Of a DNA stretch of 37,203 bases, positions 36,305 through 37,203 are shown piece by piece. The notes below the pieces were generated by a model. It worked only from the letters and a program-made list of their open reading frames with translations, did no database searches and had not been told where the DNA came from. Origin of the DNA: a virus (Duplodnaviria; Caudoviricetes); IMG/VR virus record IMGVR_UViG_3300032260_000010, positions 1 to 37,203 of that record; one strand, given 5' to 3'. The stretch's first letter is position 1. The number at the start of each line of letters is the position of its first letter. The translations under genes were made by a program, and so were the position numbers.

Positions 36305-36526
36305 ATGAACGACCTGCTAGAACGAGCGTTGCGAACGCTGATCCAATCTTTGCTCGCGTCTGGGGTGACGCTGATCGGCGGCATCGGGTTGGATGTGACC
36401 GGGTTCGTCGATGTCGAAAACGCTGCGGTTGTGATCGCGTCGTTCGTGATAGCACTACTAGCGTCGCTGGTCAGCGCGGTGCAAGGGAAGGTCATGCCAC
36501 CCAAAGCCAAGCCCGCCATCCGATGA
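36305..36526 (+). CDS. Holin, r1t-like
   Basis: DLLERALRTLIQ N-terminus, two TM helices, basic C-terminus, TAAGGAG RBS. Confidence 0.75.
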   Translation: MNDLLERALRTLIQSLLASGVTLIGGIGLDVTGFVDVENAAVVIASFVIALLASLVSAVQGKVMPPKAKPAIR

Positions 36527-36527
36527 A

Positions 36528-36917
36528 GTGAGCGGGTGGACAGCCCGGGCATGCATGGTCGACGGGTGCCTCGCTCTGGCGCACGGCGGTGAGTCGAGAT
36601 GCCCGAGACACCAGGCGCCGGTCACTCTCGAACGGGACCGGGGCCGGCGGTTGAAACGGGAGGCACGGACGAAGGGGAGGGCGGCGTCCCGCATGCGGGG
36701 TGCCGTAAACAAACAGGGGTGGGCCCCCTGCTCGGCGTGTGGCGAGATATGGCCCGCCGATCAGATCGAGATCGACCATGACCGCCCACTTGCTGACGGC
36801 GGGCTCGACGTCGGAGGGAACGTCCGCCCGATGTGTGTGCCGTGCCACCGCGTGAAGACCACGGCGGAGAACCAGGAGCGGGCCAGGCAACGCAGGGGCA
36901 TGCCCGCCCAGGGCTGA
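36528..36917 (+). CDS. HNH endonuclease (packaging-associated)
   Basis: CSAC...EIDH..PLADGG...NVRPMCVPCHRVKT. Confidence 0.9.
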   Translation: MSGWTARACMVDGCLALAHGGESRCPRHQAPVTLERDRGRRLKREARTKGRAASRMRGAVNKQGWAPCSACGEIWPADQIEIDHDRPLADGGLDVGGNVRPMCVPCHRVKTTAENQERARQRRGMPAQG

Positions 36918-37177
36918 CCACCGAAGGCTGAGCGGGTCCGCTCGATGCGAAACGTTGAACGAATCGCTAGGCGGAGGCGGAGGGCCCGGCAGGCACAGCG
37001 TTCAGCCAGCACCCCCATGGGTGCCCGGCCTCAGCGTAACGTCGGCGTTGCACGCCGGGCCGAGGGCCCAGCGGGCGGGGGTAAGGGGGTGGGGCCCATA
37101 AGCGAAATGGGCCCGGACCCACCCCGACCCCACACAGGAGAACGCTTCCCTAGTTGGCCAAGATTTTCCAGTTGACC

Positions 37178-37203
37178 AAGTGTGTGGTTGACGGATGCGG
37201 CCC
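37178..37203 (+). promoter_or_regulatory. Repeated element, truncated by window end
   Basis: AAGTGTGTGGTTGACG. Confidence 0.55.

Noticed and set aside
438-37193. Repeated motif as CRISPR repeats or DnaA boxes
   Set aside because: Copies are dispersed, not regularly spaced. TGTGGTTGA differs from TGTGGATAA at two positions, and its fixed promoter geometry explains it better.
1-37203. Diversity-generating retroelement, tRNA, integrase/attP
   Set aside because: I saw no reverse transcriptase, TR/VR pair, cloverleaf or recombinase motif by eye. A computational search could still find one.

Overview
High-GC, apparently near-complete siphovirus genome with an actinobacterial-phage gene set. It appears to be broken inside a pentapeptide-repeat gene at position 1, and the right end stops inside a promoter-like motif. 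It carries an HK97-type packaging/head module (TerS, TerL, portal, protease, capsid), a long non-contractile tail module (tube, frameshifted chaperone, tape measure, Dit, minor tail proteins), an amidase endolysin, a RecT-like annealing protein and a lambda-O-like initiator with internal iterons. It also encodes several HTH proteins, VRR-NUC and GIY-YIG nucleases, a C5 DNA methyltransferase, an FtsK/TraB-like ATPase, an r1t-type holin and an HNH endonuclease. I recognised no integrase, CI-type repressor, ParA, polymerase or helicase. The most striking unexplained structure is a dispersed family of nine TGTGGTTGAC-type elements containing a -35 hexamer. Most head small orphan genes, several of them leaderless, including two antisense insertions in the late tail/lysis region. 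All product calls come from motif recognition and synteny, not database searches.
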